Shown: piece after piece, positions 22,815-35,339 of the stretch
How the letters are laid out: each line of letters begins with the position of its first letter
How positions within the stretch are numbered: the first letter of the stretch is position 1
DNA from: Takakia lepidozioides
Taxonomy: Eukaryota; Plantae; Bryophyta
Assembly: GCA_030704615.1 (NCBI GenBank)
Contig: CM060733.1
Span: forward strand, 57,226,001 to 57,290,000
DNA length: 64,000 nt
Direction of reading: 5' to 3'
The notes under the pieces: model-generated
Told to the model about the DNA's origin: nothing
The model's database searches: none
What the model saw: only the letters and a program-made list of their open reading frames with translations
Position numbers and translations under genes: made by a program

Positions 22815-25800
22815 CTAATCTGAGTACCGTATGTACACTTTTGGTCTTGAGAAGCGCTGGATGGAGTCGTCAATGTTTTTCAATTGGAAGTCCACCTCCG
22901 CCTTCACACGTATTTGACTCGGGGTTTCAACAACCAGTGGCATATTTCTTAGCTTGCCTTCCAACTTCAGTTTGCCTGCAGCAATAGTGTTTGTTAAGGT
23001 GCCCTGTAGTCCTTTTCCGGAAACACGAGAACTTCTAATTACTCGATACTCTTTTCAAAATAACCACAGACAAAGGTGGAAATCCCCCCTGATGTTCCAT
23101 GGGATCTTTTCAGTACATCTAGGGACCTGGAGAAATGATTGTCATTAATAAAGGAGATTGAAGTGGTTGAAAAACGCAAGATGCATGTGTGTGTGCAGAG
23201 AGTTGTTTTCACATGAAGATGAAGAGTGAATGGATCTCATTATGTACACAAGAAAAGGACCCACACAAACAGTGAAAGGTTCATGATCAAAACATGACTT
23301 GGAGTGCAAGGATACTGTCTTCAAGCGTCTTCAGGACTTCCTGTCTTTCATCGTTTTTCATCAGGACCAGCCCTGGTGGCAAATGCTTGTTTTGCTCCTC
23401 TTGTAATCTAACCATCGGTGTCCCACTCTTAATAAATGTTTCCAAAACAAGCTTCTCTTCAGATGTCAATTGTCCTAAAATCATTGTGATATTCTGCTAT
23501 GCACCTGTCAATTACATTTCTCTTCATGGGCTGTGCGTTAATGTGTAACGAAACACCTGGAGTCCCAAAGATCATGGCACTGTGCATGACTGTGGTTACT
23601 TCAGAGCAGTCACAGAGTCATTTGCAGGTTTGATTCTTCAACAGTCTTGATTACAACTGAAAGTGTGTGATGTGTCCATCAGCAAAGTGCTGAAGTGGGG
23701 CTACATCTTCTGGAAAACATTTTTCATCCAGGAAATGAAGCCTCTTAGGAAGTCAATTCTGGATAACACCATGCGTCTACAAACCAAAACGTGTGCTTAT
23801 CAGGGATTAACTTCATCATGTGCCTCACCTCCTTTCTGCATCCTTTGTAAGCTCCACCTTTCTCTTCAGCAAGCTGTTGAAATGTGCAGAGAGGCTTAGT
23901 GAGGATTATTCGAATACTGAATAGTACAGTAAGATCTCAGTCAAGAATACTATCAAAGCAGTCACTTCCTCAGACAACTGCTTTTCCTTTCCACAATAGC
24001 CCCTTTTTCCCAGTCTGTTTCTGTGTGTCCAAGTAAGCTGAATTAGTTGCAACCTATTTAAGGTCTTAGATCAATAGCCCCTCAGCAATTAGCATACACA
24101 CTTTAGTGGTTGAAGGGGGTTAGAATACATACTAAGCAGGTACTTTGCCAAAGTTTTCCTTTTGTCTGTATGATGTACGCTCCACTTTTGTGCTGCGACG
24201 GTTTGCAGCACTTGCTGCATCCATGACATTCTTCGTGACAAAATCGATGCTATTCTTGCTCTTACTTTTTGGTTGGAGGCTCTGACCATTCTCCTGAGGA
24301 TTCTGAACATTCTGTATGAAAAGAAATCCATCAAATGCTCAGGTAGCGTACTTTCCTTGGAAAGAAGTACCTATAATGTCTGATATAGAATGTACTCATA
24401 AGATGTTGTTTGCCATAGCCTTGTGGCCATCGACCGCGCTCCCAGTTTGAGTGGAACACGAAGGGACAAGAAACTACCTTTGTCAGGGGCTGACGCTGGT
24501 AGTATGACTTACCTTGAAACAAACAATTGATCCGAGTTTTCCAGATATCCTCTAGAAATCACTTCACACAAACATCAATCTGCTTTGTGTGATTTGCCCA
24601 ATAACTAGACCCCAAAAGGGCCTGGGCTTTGGCTCAGCCTCGAGATTTTTGAACTTAGTAAACAGAGATACAGGAGCAATTCCCCTGATGGATTTGAAGA
24701 GGGTCTCTGGTGAGAGTACCCAGGACAATGAATCAGAAAGTGGATATCGTCTTGAGGTTGCCCACACAACGGGCATTTGCAATCCCCATTTCCTCTCTGC
24801 GTCTCTTTGTTGTTCAAAGGTAGGCTTCCCACCCCGAGTGTAAATTTCAGTTTAGTGCCAAGAGTGGGTAGAGACCCTTTAGCTCATCCATGTCACAGAC
24901 TGGAAACAAGTTCAGGGAAGTTTTCTGCGTAACTTCATTTTCATCAGACAATTTCCTGGCAACAGACATGGCTTTGGACACTACAGCCTCTAAATCAGAT
25001 TTAACCAGCAGGGTCAAGACTTCTGGGCTTAGATTCAGATCCTTGAAAATCTCTTCTACCCTCTTCCGCCAGGACTTAAGCCTGTTTGACAGGCCGATCC
25101 TGCTTCCAAGATATAATCGATTAACTTAGGATGTCTGGTATTAGTCATACGTTGCAGCTGAGCCCACCATCTAACCTTGAATTCATCTCGTCGAATCTTT
25201 AAAGGAGGAATGCCAAACTCACCCCGAACAGCCACATTAGCTGTTCTGAAGCATGCTGACATGCACTCCTTGAGCAACCCCACTTGAATGGATTCTAGAG
25301 ACAGCCTGGTTGGGGTTATCTACCCACACAGCAGATGCGTACTCCAAGGTAAGCCTAATAACGCGGCAAAGCATGGGTCGTTTTACTTCAGAGTTGATCC
25401 CTCTGCAGTGGAAAAATTTAGCGAGACCCAACGCTTTGCCCTTGCCAGATTGAACAACTTTTTGTAAATGCGCTTCCCAATTACAATGGAGGAGAACTCA
25501 ACGGCAATATGTGTATCTCTTTGCGCAATCAATCAACTCCTAGAGATTGGATGGAGTCCCCCCTGTGCCTGCGAAGTCATCCGCAAACATAAGGGCTGGT
25601 ATGGTGGCATCCTCCCTTAACCCAAATCCCTCACTTTCGACATCCTCGAGTAGTTGATTGATGAAAGCATTGAAGAGCAGAGGGGAGAGGGTACATCCTT
25701 GAGCTACACCTTGGTCTATGTCAAAGAAGTTAGACTGCTGTCCATTAACAGTGACACAACTTTTGGTGTGAGCTTACAAGTTACGAACCACCACCCTCCA

Positions 25801-28800
25801 CATCTTTCCCTTGATCCCAGATGACCAGAGTCGGAGCCATAGACCATCTCTCCACACTGTGTCGTAAGCCTTTTAGACAACCAAGAAAAAGACAAAAGTG
25901 GGTTTCCCTTCTTTTAGTGGGTCTCAGAAGAAATCATATTGGGACAAGTTATATAGTTAAATAAACTCAAATCACCATGGTGGTAATGACAAGAGATTCT
26001 GGTTGGCTGTTCAACGTACAAGCCGAAAAATTGTCAGCAAGTACAAGTGCTGAGGACTACTAAGGGTGCAAGTGGTGACTTCAACGGTTGACATTGTCCA
26101 AACCTTTGAAGCTCACTAAAGTACCCTTGGCAGAAATAGGTCTAACAGTGAGGGGTTTTTGTGGTACACAGTAGAAAAAACTGTTTCTATGATTCCTGAT
26201 GAACTGGAGTATGTTTCAATGGGTTACAACGCTCCCATGAGTTCTTCTGAGATTGTGGAAGCAATTGAGCATTTAAACGGATATAAAGCTGGTTGACCTA
26301 ATGGCATAGTCAATGAGCTTATCAAGCATGGTGGCGACCCCATGATAGAGGCCCTTGTACTTCTCTTTGATCTTATCTCGAGGACTGAAATGATCCCCTT
26401 TTGCTGGCGACAGGGGGTCATTGTCAATCTACACAAGAAAGATGACAGAGAAGAGCCGGGGAACTATTGAGGCATCACGCTTCTCGATGATGTTGGCAAG
26501 ATATTTTGCAGAGTTATAAGTACTCGTCTCGAGATTGATCTGAAGTCTAGAGGTTGTTTCCATGAAGGCCAAGCTGGCTTTCGGTGGAACAGGGGCTGCG
26601 TGGATCATATCTTCACTCTAAGCCAGATTATCCAGGTTGTGCGGATCTGGTAGTACCTAGCCCACAAATCTTCGTTGACTTTCATAATGCACCACTCTTA
26701 TAGAGGACTCTCTCGGCTGTCTTGAGTTTGATCTCATTTGTCCACCAATTGACAGATCTACTGCAGACAATTAGTTTCCTCCCAATGATCTTGTCAGGAG
26801 GAGACAAAACTCTCCCAAGAATCCACCTATCTTTCGACTTCATTTCTTGCATTGCCAGAGCAAGACTGAAGATCTTGGAGTGAATGGACAAAGTGAGGGA
26901 GAGCCTCTTGCAAGGCTTGGACATACTCAGCCTCTTCATTTTGGAATTTTTCTATGCACCACTTCTGAATTGAATGTTTCACAGATCTCTTGGTGTTGGG
27001 GAAACACCTTTCGATCTCAGTCCAAATAAGAAAGTGGTCAGATGTACCAATATCAGTTCTGTCAAAGCACACTGCAGAAACAAATGATATAATCCACAAT
27101 GGATCGTTCCCCAGTCTGGGCTTTCTCAGGAGTCCCAATGGTATCATCTTGGTGAAGACCTTTACCCACCTGGGCATTGAAGTCACCAAATAAGACCACC
27201 TGGCCTTTGGCGAGGAACTTAGCACAGTCCAGCTTTACGTCTTCAAAAGGCTTTATATCCGTCAGCACTAAGGGTCCCCTCTGTGGGCATGTAAACACAA
27301 CCCACAAAGAGATCCTTCCCACTCACACCGCCCTTCAATTTCAGTTTCAGCCAGATACTGTGCTCATACCGCAAATCCGTGTTGATAATTTCAAAATTGT
27401 CACCCAAGAACTCTCGGACAAAGAAGCCAACACCTCTTTGACCACATTTGGCAGAGGCCACCTTAAGCACACACATCTTCCCAAACCACCTATAACCATT
27501 GACACAACCAGTTGAATGTCTGATATAGAGTTGAAAAATTAGGCAGTCAGCAGGCACTGGCCATAGACGCTGTCCTGCCAGAATTTATGGCAAATGTACC
27601 AAACAATGGTTCAAGTTTGGAGGCACATAACCACTTGCTTAAAAAGGTCAACTCTGTTGCAAGGGTTTTGGTTTTGGATGTGTTAAGAGTGGGGGTGTAC
27701 AAAACAATTCATGCAAGCATAGGCACCATGTGAGCTTACCACAATCAATGTGGTCTATCAATGCTGTTCACCTCTAATCAGTGTAGCTCTAATACATAGT
27801 TTCCATTAGTCACACACCATTTCTAATCTCTGACAAAAAAAAGATACATGTCAAGGTACATAGGCCAACATCTGAATGTGCATACATTCATATTTTCAAG
27901 GTGACCTTCTAGTTGCAGCTATTTGACTTACTTCAGTCTTAACTTGCCGCTCCCTGCATGGAGCTGGTGATCCGACTGCTACTGCATCTGGATTGTTCTG
28001 GATGGTCTGTATTGCGAATCACATCCACATGTCCGATGAAAGCAAACCTACTATTACATTTGACATACTCTCTCACAGCTATCATTACGAACAAACGGCA
28101 ACTAATCCAACCCCCCCCCCCCCCCCCCCCCCCCCCCGGCCCCCTAGACTCCCCCTGGATTCTCTGGGTACCCCTGGTACCTCTATCCCCCGCGTTGTTT
28201 ATTGGGCCCACCCCCGAAAAGGGGGCATTAGCCATGAGGCGAAGTGGCTCTTAGTTACGCTGGCCTCGGCCGGAGTCTCTCTCTCTACATTTGACATAAA
28301 CACCTGTTTCCAAGGAGACCTTGTCGTTCAGCCACCAACAAGGGCACAACATTGCTGGGTTTTCTGGTCGCTACATGGACTGTGGGCATATCACTGTACT
28401 GTGAGGTATCTCCCCTTCCATCCATTTGGATACTAGGTTCCTATTATAATCCATGCCCATCTTCCACCATATTCCACTGAAAACAGTCTCACAAAAAACT
28501 AGTTAGTTTACTACATGACAGTCCAAAATTACAAGGTGCAACGGTATCTTCAAAGACTTTTAGGAGCCAGTGGAGAATCTAACTGCAATATAAGATGCAG
28601 GGGCAGCTCAGCCTAGCAACAACAAGGCAGCCAATCCACCTGGCAGTCAAACAATATGAGAATTCAGGTGTATGTTGGACTTTTGACTCCAGTACCTCTA
28701 TAACTTACAATTAATGGGGAGTCCACAGACCTCTGATTTCCAATAGCCCTCCATAAACAAATTAACATTGCTTGTAAGGTGATTTTGGGCAGATGGTGAT

Positions 28801-29329
28801 GACTATGAAGCTGATCCAGTCTTCTGTCATGACCTGAGAAAATTGAACACCAAGGGAGGAGAATGACTGACCAGATCTGAGACCAGCTTGTTAGCATGAT
28901 TCTTAGCGCTCTTTTCTGATATAGCAGCTTGATTATCCCTCCGGTGATCACGAGGTGTTATTCCTCTCCTTATCATCTCATCTCTGTTGACACATACATT
29001 CACATTCGGTACAGTTTCTGTAAACAAATGAAGGTTATGTGTGGTAGGCATCAGGAATTTAAATAATACACCCCTGCATGTAAGTCAAGAAAGATCTGGA
29101 ACATTTATTCCAGAGGTTACTGAGGGAGACAAAGAAAACAAGAAGACTCCTGACATTGGGTAGTGTATACAATTAATTTTTGTTGCCAAAAAAATAATAA
29201 TACATATATATACCTGATCCCCCTTGGAGGGTTGAGCAAATCAGAAATCTGATAGCTATCTAAGTGGCTTGGCAGTGGGATCCTTCTATACTTGAACTTG
29301 GGAAGTCCGCCAGTGACCTCATCGAGGGC
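22815..29329 (-). CDS. Enkurin-domain protein (ENKD1/enkurin family), multi-exon; 5' end and internal exons between 24.3 and 28.9 kb unresolved
   Basis: Exons 24311-24133, 23873-23829, 23407-23316 and 22975-22815 splice in frame: DFVTKN...QKENFGKVPAY|LLKRKVELTKDAERR|LQEEQNKHLPPGLVLMKNDERQEVLKTLEDS|KLKLEGKLRNMPLVVETPSQIRVKAEVDFQLKNIDDSIQRFSRPKVYIRYSD*. Probable upstream exons 29329-29214 and 28983-~28880 (GIRDEMIRRGITPRDHRRDNQAAI). The Ser-rich ORF at 29603-30010 may also belong. Confidence 0.8.
24570..27530 (-). mobile_element. Degenerate LINE (APE endonuclease + RT) inside an intron of the enkurin gene; the RT N-terminal segment ~26110-26640 is inverted
   Basis: Minus: GQRGVGFFVRE, LFGDFNAQVG, TSDHFLIW (endonuclease); GVAQGCTLSPLLFNAFIN, LMFADDF (RT); CPLC...IHFLIHCP. 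Plus: PFCWRQGVIVNLHKKDD...QAGFRWNRGCVDHIFTL. Confidence 0.88.
28111..28137 (+). repeat. Poly-C homopolymer (27 nt)
   Basis: Direct read of the sequence. Confidence 0.95.
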
Positions 29330-32300
29330 CTGAAGGTTCAATCATACAACACAACACCAGTTTTAAGTGTCTGTCACATTGTACTCGAATTATATCAGCT
29401 GTCAATTTTGACTGTCAACCTTTTGAACAAACTGAGACCTATACTGTAATGCAGTCCCCACTCAATCGGTGCTTTATTCCTGCTGGGTTTTAAAAACTTT
29501 TTGAGGAGATTGAACATTTCGATCAAGTAAACGGCGAGTTTGAAACTCGCGATCCATGTAGCAATACTGAAGCATTATATAAGAGAAGGAGCACGGGTCC
29601 TCTCACGCGCATGCCTGTTTATTGGAAGAGCCTTGGGTAGAATTGCTGTAATAGCTTCGCGAAGTAGTGGTGTAGGAGCTTTGAGTAGAATTTGTGTAAG
29701 AACTCTGGGCAGAGAGCGTTGGCCTTCTACTCGACACGGAATTCTGGCTGCAATTCGAGAGGCGTCTTGATCTCTCCCCAATGTCCACACATGGAGATAG
29801 CGAACTTCCTCCATCATGCTGCCTATTTGAAATTTCTTCAGGGACTGATTGCCTACTTGAAACCTCTCCTTTGGCTGAAGGCTGTTCACATTCTTCACCC
29901 GTTCCTAAACTCACTTTGCTAAGTTCATCAACTGGAGGAGGCCTACACGCTTGCATTGACATGGATGCACCAAGAGATAAGAAAAAGTTTAAGATGAAGA
30001 GATCAGACAAACAGATTTGTCACAAGGTTGTCCAAGTCCGGCTTATCCAAATGGCCTGAAGCAGTGATGAAGAAAATCCATCACAACAAAAGAGCAACTA
30101 AAGAATGAAGGATAAAATATATTGAACAACAGTTATCAACCCAATTCTGTTGGGGGAGGACATAGCGCTAGTTGCCTGGATGCAACTGTCATTCTTTGGT
30201 ACTGAGACGCTTTACATGCGACTACTTGCCAAAAATTAGGGCATAATGCAAGTGGCCCCCACGCAGCCGTAGACAGAAAACTAGACATTGACTTGGTACA
30301 GAGTTGCATGACCACAAAGGGAGCGTAAGGGCCAGAATGAATATGTAAATGACAAAGGAGAATCTGCGGGTGCCCAGCAATCAAGAAGTAAACAATGGCC
30401 ACTTGACTCTCTCGATCAGAAAACAGACAGACGCAAGTCCTATCTCACACAGGTGACAGCAATCCAAAACAACACATGTATTCGACACCAAAAAACGCAA
30501 CAACTTTACATAGCAGCATCATTTCACACCGAAACACCAAGAAAATCACAGAACCAAAGGGGGGGATCCTGTGCCTGAATCAGCTTATAAGATCTTCACC
30601 ACTCTCAAAGAATTATGCATTCCGCAGAGGGCATAGTCTACTCATGTGACATTTTATCAGTTTTTCTACACAGATGAGCTTTCCATTTTCTTGTGGACAG
30701 GTTTACTGTGGTATAAATCCATTCAATCAGCATACAAAGCTTCTGACGAAGAGGATAGAGAGGATGGTTTCTATGACCGGTAGTCTCTCTCTCGCTCTGG
30801 CTACGGCAAACAACGTCTTATGAGTACATTCTCTCTCTCTCTCTCTCCTCTTCCGTATGTAGTCTTTCCTTCGTTGGTGACCTAACAATCTAGACTAAGG
30901 ATATTTTTGATATCAATTTCGAGATGTATGGTTTTTTCCCTATTGATTAGGGTTGCTACCTATTGATTTTGCTGCCTTGTATGATGAACCTCCGATAATA
31001 TTCAGCGAGACATTGCAAGCAGAACAACCAAAGATTGAAATTCACTTCACACAGCAATCTAAAAGACGGCACGGTCATTCAACGCCAACACACCAAGAAA
31101 ATTAAGCAAAACATTGCAAGAAAAATTTGTGAGGTTGTGTTCAATCCGAAACCAAAGATTGAACTCCAAAAGGCATGGTTACACAAGCAGATGAACAAAG
31201 GGGAACGTGCAAGGGAAAATGCAGGCCACGATTCTTTGCTTTGTTTCTTCCACATGTCGCCTCAACGTTGGTTCTATGCTTGAAACGGCTCTGCGCTTCT
31301 CGTGGAGTAATGGATGACTACCCAACCACAACCCAACACATCAAAAAGACATTTTCTTGATATATAGGTATCTCGAGCTTCAAGTTGAACAATTTTTGGA
31401 TTTCAAAACCAATGCAAATCAAAACTGACAAGAGAAGTGAAATACCCACTTCAGAAAATTACGAAAATGGATTATACATTGTACACGCTGGGGGCAACTA
31501 TTTTTCATATCAATATCTCCCACACATGGGACCTATAGAGGATGAACTATCCTGCCAATGGGGCCGCCTAATGGCACCACAGACCAATTAATGTATGGAT
31601 GAGCCCATAATTGGCTAATGGATGACCTGTGGTGTGTTTTTTGTTCTTTGTTGTCGCGAAAAATCACCAGATTGGAAAATGGGTCACCTACTTGTATAAA
31701 GGAATTATGGGGGTAAAAATCGAAAAAATTCTCCAGAAAGCGCCAGTAGATGAGACTCATTTTGCTGAAGTGGACCTGTTAGAACGTGCCACCTGTTATA
31801 TTGCCACTTTTCTAACCCTGCCACCTCGTTATTCTCGCCACATGGGCACTGGAAAAATGATGGATAAGTAGTGACTTGTGGACCAAGTGGACGATTCAAT
31901 TGAAATGCTGCCTAACGAATATTATCACAAGTACCTCTTCATTCTCAGTCACCTTTTCATGTTGTGACGTACACCTCTTCATCACCCCCTTCCTTCTACA
32001 TCTCTCATCGCTGTGTGCACTCTCATTTGTCGATTACACAGTTGCTTCACGCTCGTAGGCTCATGGCACGCAATCTGTCTTTCATTTCTATCTGTATTAT
32101 AAGTGAGCGCAAGAGACCAGCCACCAGGCCATTGCAAGCATAGCCCGAAGAGTGTATATATCGCTCCCTTGGTGCGCTTTACGAGGTGATAGTTTGCAAA
32201 GGGGAACCCGAGGCTTGAGAAATCACTGTGTACCAGCACTAGACCTGAAAACATCGAAGGTTGACAATGATCGATACTGCTCCAGCTAAGTATAACTCAG

Positions 32301-33496
32301 CTTCGGTCATGTAATTATTGTTGAACTCAGTCACTGTCTAAATCAAAGTTTTGATGTGAATGTCCTGTTTTATATTTCCCCAATGGTACTCAGTGTTACA
32401 TCTGTTGGCTGCATGCACAGCGAGGCGGCAGGTATGGCGCTCTCCCACTCACTAGTCACCAGCTTATCGAGGTTAAGTTAGTGATATCTTGGGAATCTCT
32501 TCAGTTCATATTGCACCTTATTGTACTTGTAACACTGCATTGAACATGGATGCGATGTTACAGAGCTTCCTGGAGTAACACCTGGAAGGCTTGAGGATCA
32601 CCTCTTTAGGTGCTATACAGCAATGTTAGGGCCCCACTTATTCTCATTCCGATCCAGCAACTTGGGTTTCGTGTATAGATGGACCACTTCCTGTTGGACC
32701 ACTTCCTGCTGTCCTGTGGCAACATTGCTCTGAAGAACAGTGTCATCTCACCCGAAATTAGACAAATCTAATTCTTTAACTGACACCTTATAACTGGCGG
32801 CCCCGTATTTGAGATCTACCGATGTTGGGTAGTAGTAAGGCAACCTCACCACTTGTATTAACGGCCCTCACCAATCTTCCTCCTGGAAATTAGGCTTACA
32901 CCATAACCAAGCTCTGGCCAACTTGTCAGACTCAATCCCTGACACGTCCAATCTTTAAAATTGTGTTTCAAACGCTTGCCACGGATCTATCACCTTCAAC
33001 TCCTTTCTACCAAGCTTTGGAGATTTTCATTCTACTCCTCATAACCACGAGACTACAAACGGTACCCCTATTACGAGGGCTGTTGGTTTATGTCGGTTTC
33101 CTTCTTTTTCTTCTCCTAACCACAGAGTTCAACAGTTTTAGCTCAGTGCTCTTGTAACTTCATTTTCTTCTCTTCCCATACGGGGACATTTCCAGTGTCC
33201 ACCGATAGAAGTTCCCCACCGTCGCATTTTGAGGTTGGACTGTGGACTTGGACTGGAATCTCGCGAAGTACACTCTTGACCTGGAATGGAGGAGTGGAAA
33301 TTTCTACTATGGATCCTTGTTCTGTTCCACGAAGTTAAGCTGCATGTACCTGTAATGGAAGCCCAACGTGCTTATCTGCAGGACACAGGTCGACAGTCCC
33401 GAGCGACCACAAATTCTAAAACCAGTATGGAATCTTAACCCACCAGAGTGTGTTGAGAATCCATCCACGTTCTGCACCACCTTCACTCTCCACTGA

Positions 33497-34246
33497 GTGA
33501 ACTGTAGTATTAGTATGGTCAAGAAAGAGGACGAAGGAACTTGGGAAGATTGCGGATGTCCTCTTTCAGTTAATTTCAAGAGAGGAGAAGTGATTGTCCG
33601 AGCTCCTCTCCCCCACGCTTGCACCGTCTCTAAGGATGAAATCTACAAACATTACATCTGCGATCGAGCTATTTATGATGTTCTTAGTGAAGCTCCCGGC
33701 GACTCCATGCTGGGAAAGTGGGTAGCTATCCATTTGCAGGAGCGGCGTCTGTTCGTAGTGAAACCAGCACCAAGACCTCCCTTACCGCCAGTACCCTGGC
33801 GATACGATGAACCTGATGTTAGTCAAGAGCCATTGAAGCCAGGTTGGAGGCCATGGGCCCCCACCAGCGCTGCACTCGTGATCTCGGAGGATGTGACTCT
33901 CGAGGAGTATGACAGGAACATCACAGATTTGATAGAGTTGATCGGTGTGGAGGAGGTATGGGAGAGGGAGCTGATGATGGATACTGCAGAAGGATGGCTT
34001 CTTGCGTGTGGAGAGAGTCCCTTGACAGGTGAGGATGGAAACATATTGTTGAAAGTGGACCGTGTATATGTCACAAGCATCTTTGCTTTCCATCTCCTGA
34101 TGATGGGCAAGTGGCTGACAGTAGGCTGGTTCGTGAAAGAAATGAAACTTGGTCAGACGATGGGCAGTATGAGACGACTTCTCGACATCGAAATGGATGC
34201 TAGAGTTCACCAAGGGGGGTGTGGCCACATCTTCAACTCAGGCTAG
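33497..34246 (+). CDS. Intronless orphan ORF (~240 aa), unknown function, possibly TE-derived
   Basis: Long open frame with protein-like composition. The upstream in-frame sequence is interrupted by stops. No motif recognised. Confidence 0.35.
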   Translation: MNCSISMVKKEDEGTWEDCGCPLSVNFKRGEVIVRAPLPHACTVSKDEIYKHYICDRAIYDVLSEAPGDSMLGKWVAIHLQERRLFVVKPAPRPPLPPVPWRYDEPDVSQEPLKPGWRPWAPTSAALVISEDVTLEEYDRNITDLIELIGVEEVWERELMMDTAEGWLLACGESPLTGEDGNILLKVDRVYVTSIFAFHLLMMGKWLTVGWFVKEMKLGQTMGSMRRLLDIEMDARVHQGGCGHIFNSG

Positions 34247-35339
34247 TGAAGAGACATGAGAGCTGCAAACTAGGAATGGCATCTGGCCCACTATCTGTTC
34301 CTGCTGTGCTGTTGAAGGCCCTCTGGATCATGAATCGGTATAAAGATCGGAGCAGCAGCAATTTTTCGTGAAACAAGTCTTAATTTCTGTCAGAGAGAGT
34401 TGAGATACCTCTTTGATGTTCAACACAGTCTTTGTTTGCTATCAGAAACCTCCGAAGCTTCGATCATCTATTCTCTTTGACCCTCTCTTTCTGCTTCTAG
34501 TGTCCACTGCTACAAACACAAGAAATACACTAGCAGGTGAGATGTTAACATCACATGTCAGAGAAACACCTGGCCGATATGTGCTTGGGGGTCTGTGTGA
34601 AGGAGCCCTTGAAGCTTGGAGCTCTCTAGCCTCCAGCAGAGTTGAGTTGGCAGTACAGATTACCCACCCTGCACTGATGTGATTCACAGAAAAGGCGAAC
34701 CAAATTTCTGAGTGACTTCCCATGCTTGTAGCTCAATACATCTTACTCAGAAGCTATATCTACACTACAAACTCTTGCATTACAGCTCCCAGATTTGTTG
34801 AGGCAGTCATCATCAGGAACTCCCTAACTGCAAGTAACTGCTCTTCACCTCAGCCGAAGGATAGATCATTGTGGATATATGCGAAAATGCTAGAAAATTT
34901 CAATTAACCTAATCACTGTAGACCTACAAGAGAATCTTCATGGTGTAAATGAAGTCATGGCAAATTCAGAGCCAGACTGGTAAAAAAACACCTTCAATTC
35001 AGTGGCAGAACTACCTCCTTGGGAGAGGACCATAAATCAACCAAGAAGAAGGACCTAACCTTCCTCCTACTATGTGCGTGCACCAAAAAGAAATTTGTGC
35101 TTAAATCCTTGTCCTCTGATGTACTTTTCTCTTGGTATCTTATTTACACCATGGTCAACTGACAGTAACCAAGCCTGGCTTTCATGTTGAAATTAACGGC
35201 AAATCCTCAATGGATACCTCAAAAATCCACGCGCACTGGAGCTCACAAGGGCTTAACCCCTCGTCCAGTGAACCAGCAGCTGCCACGGAACATACATTTC
35301 TTGACTGAAGAATAATCCCCTCAACTACATTCCCACCCT

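Noticed and set aside
27993-28436. Poly-Pro/poly-Gly ORFs
   Set aside because: Artefact of the poly-C run.
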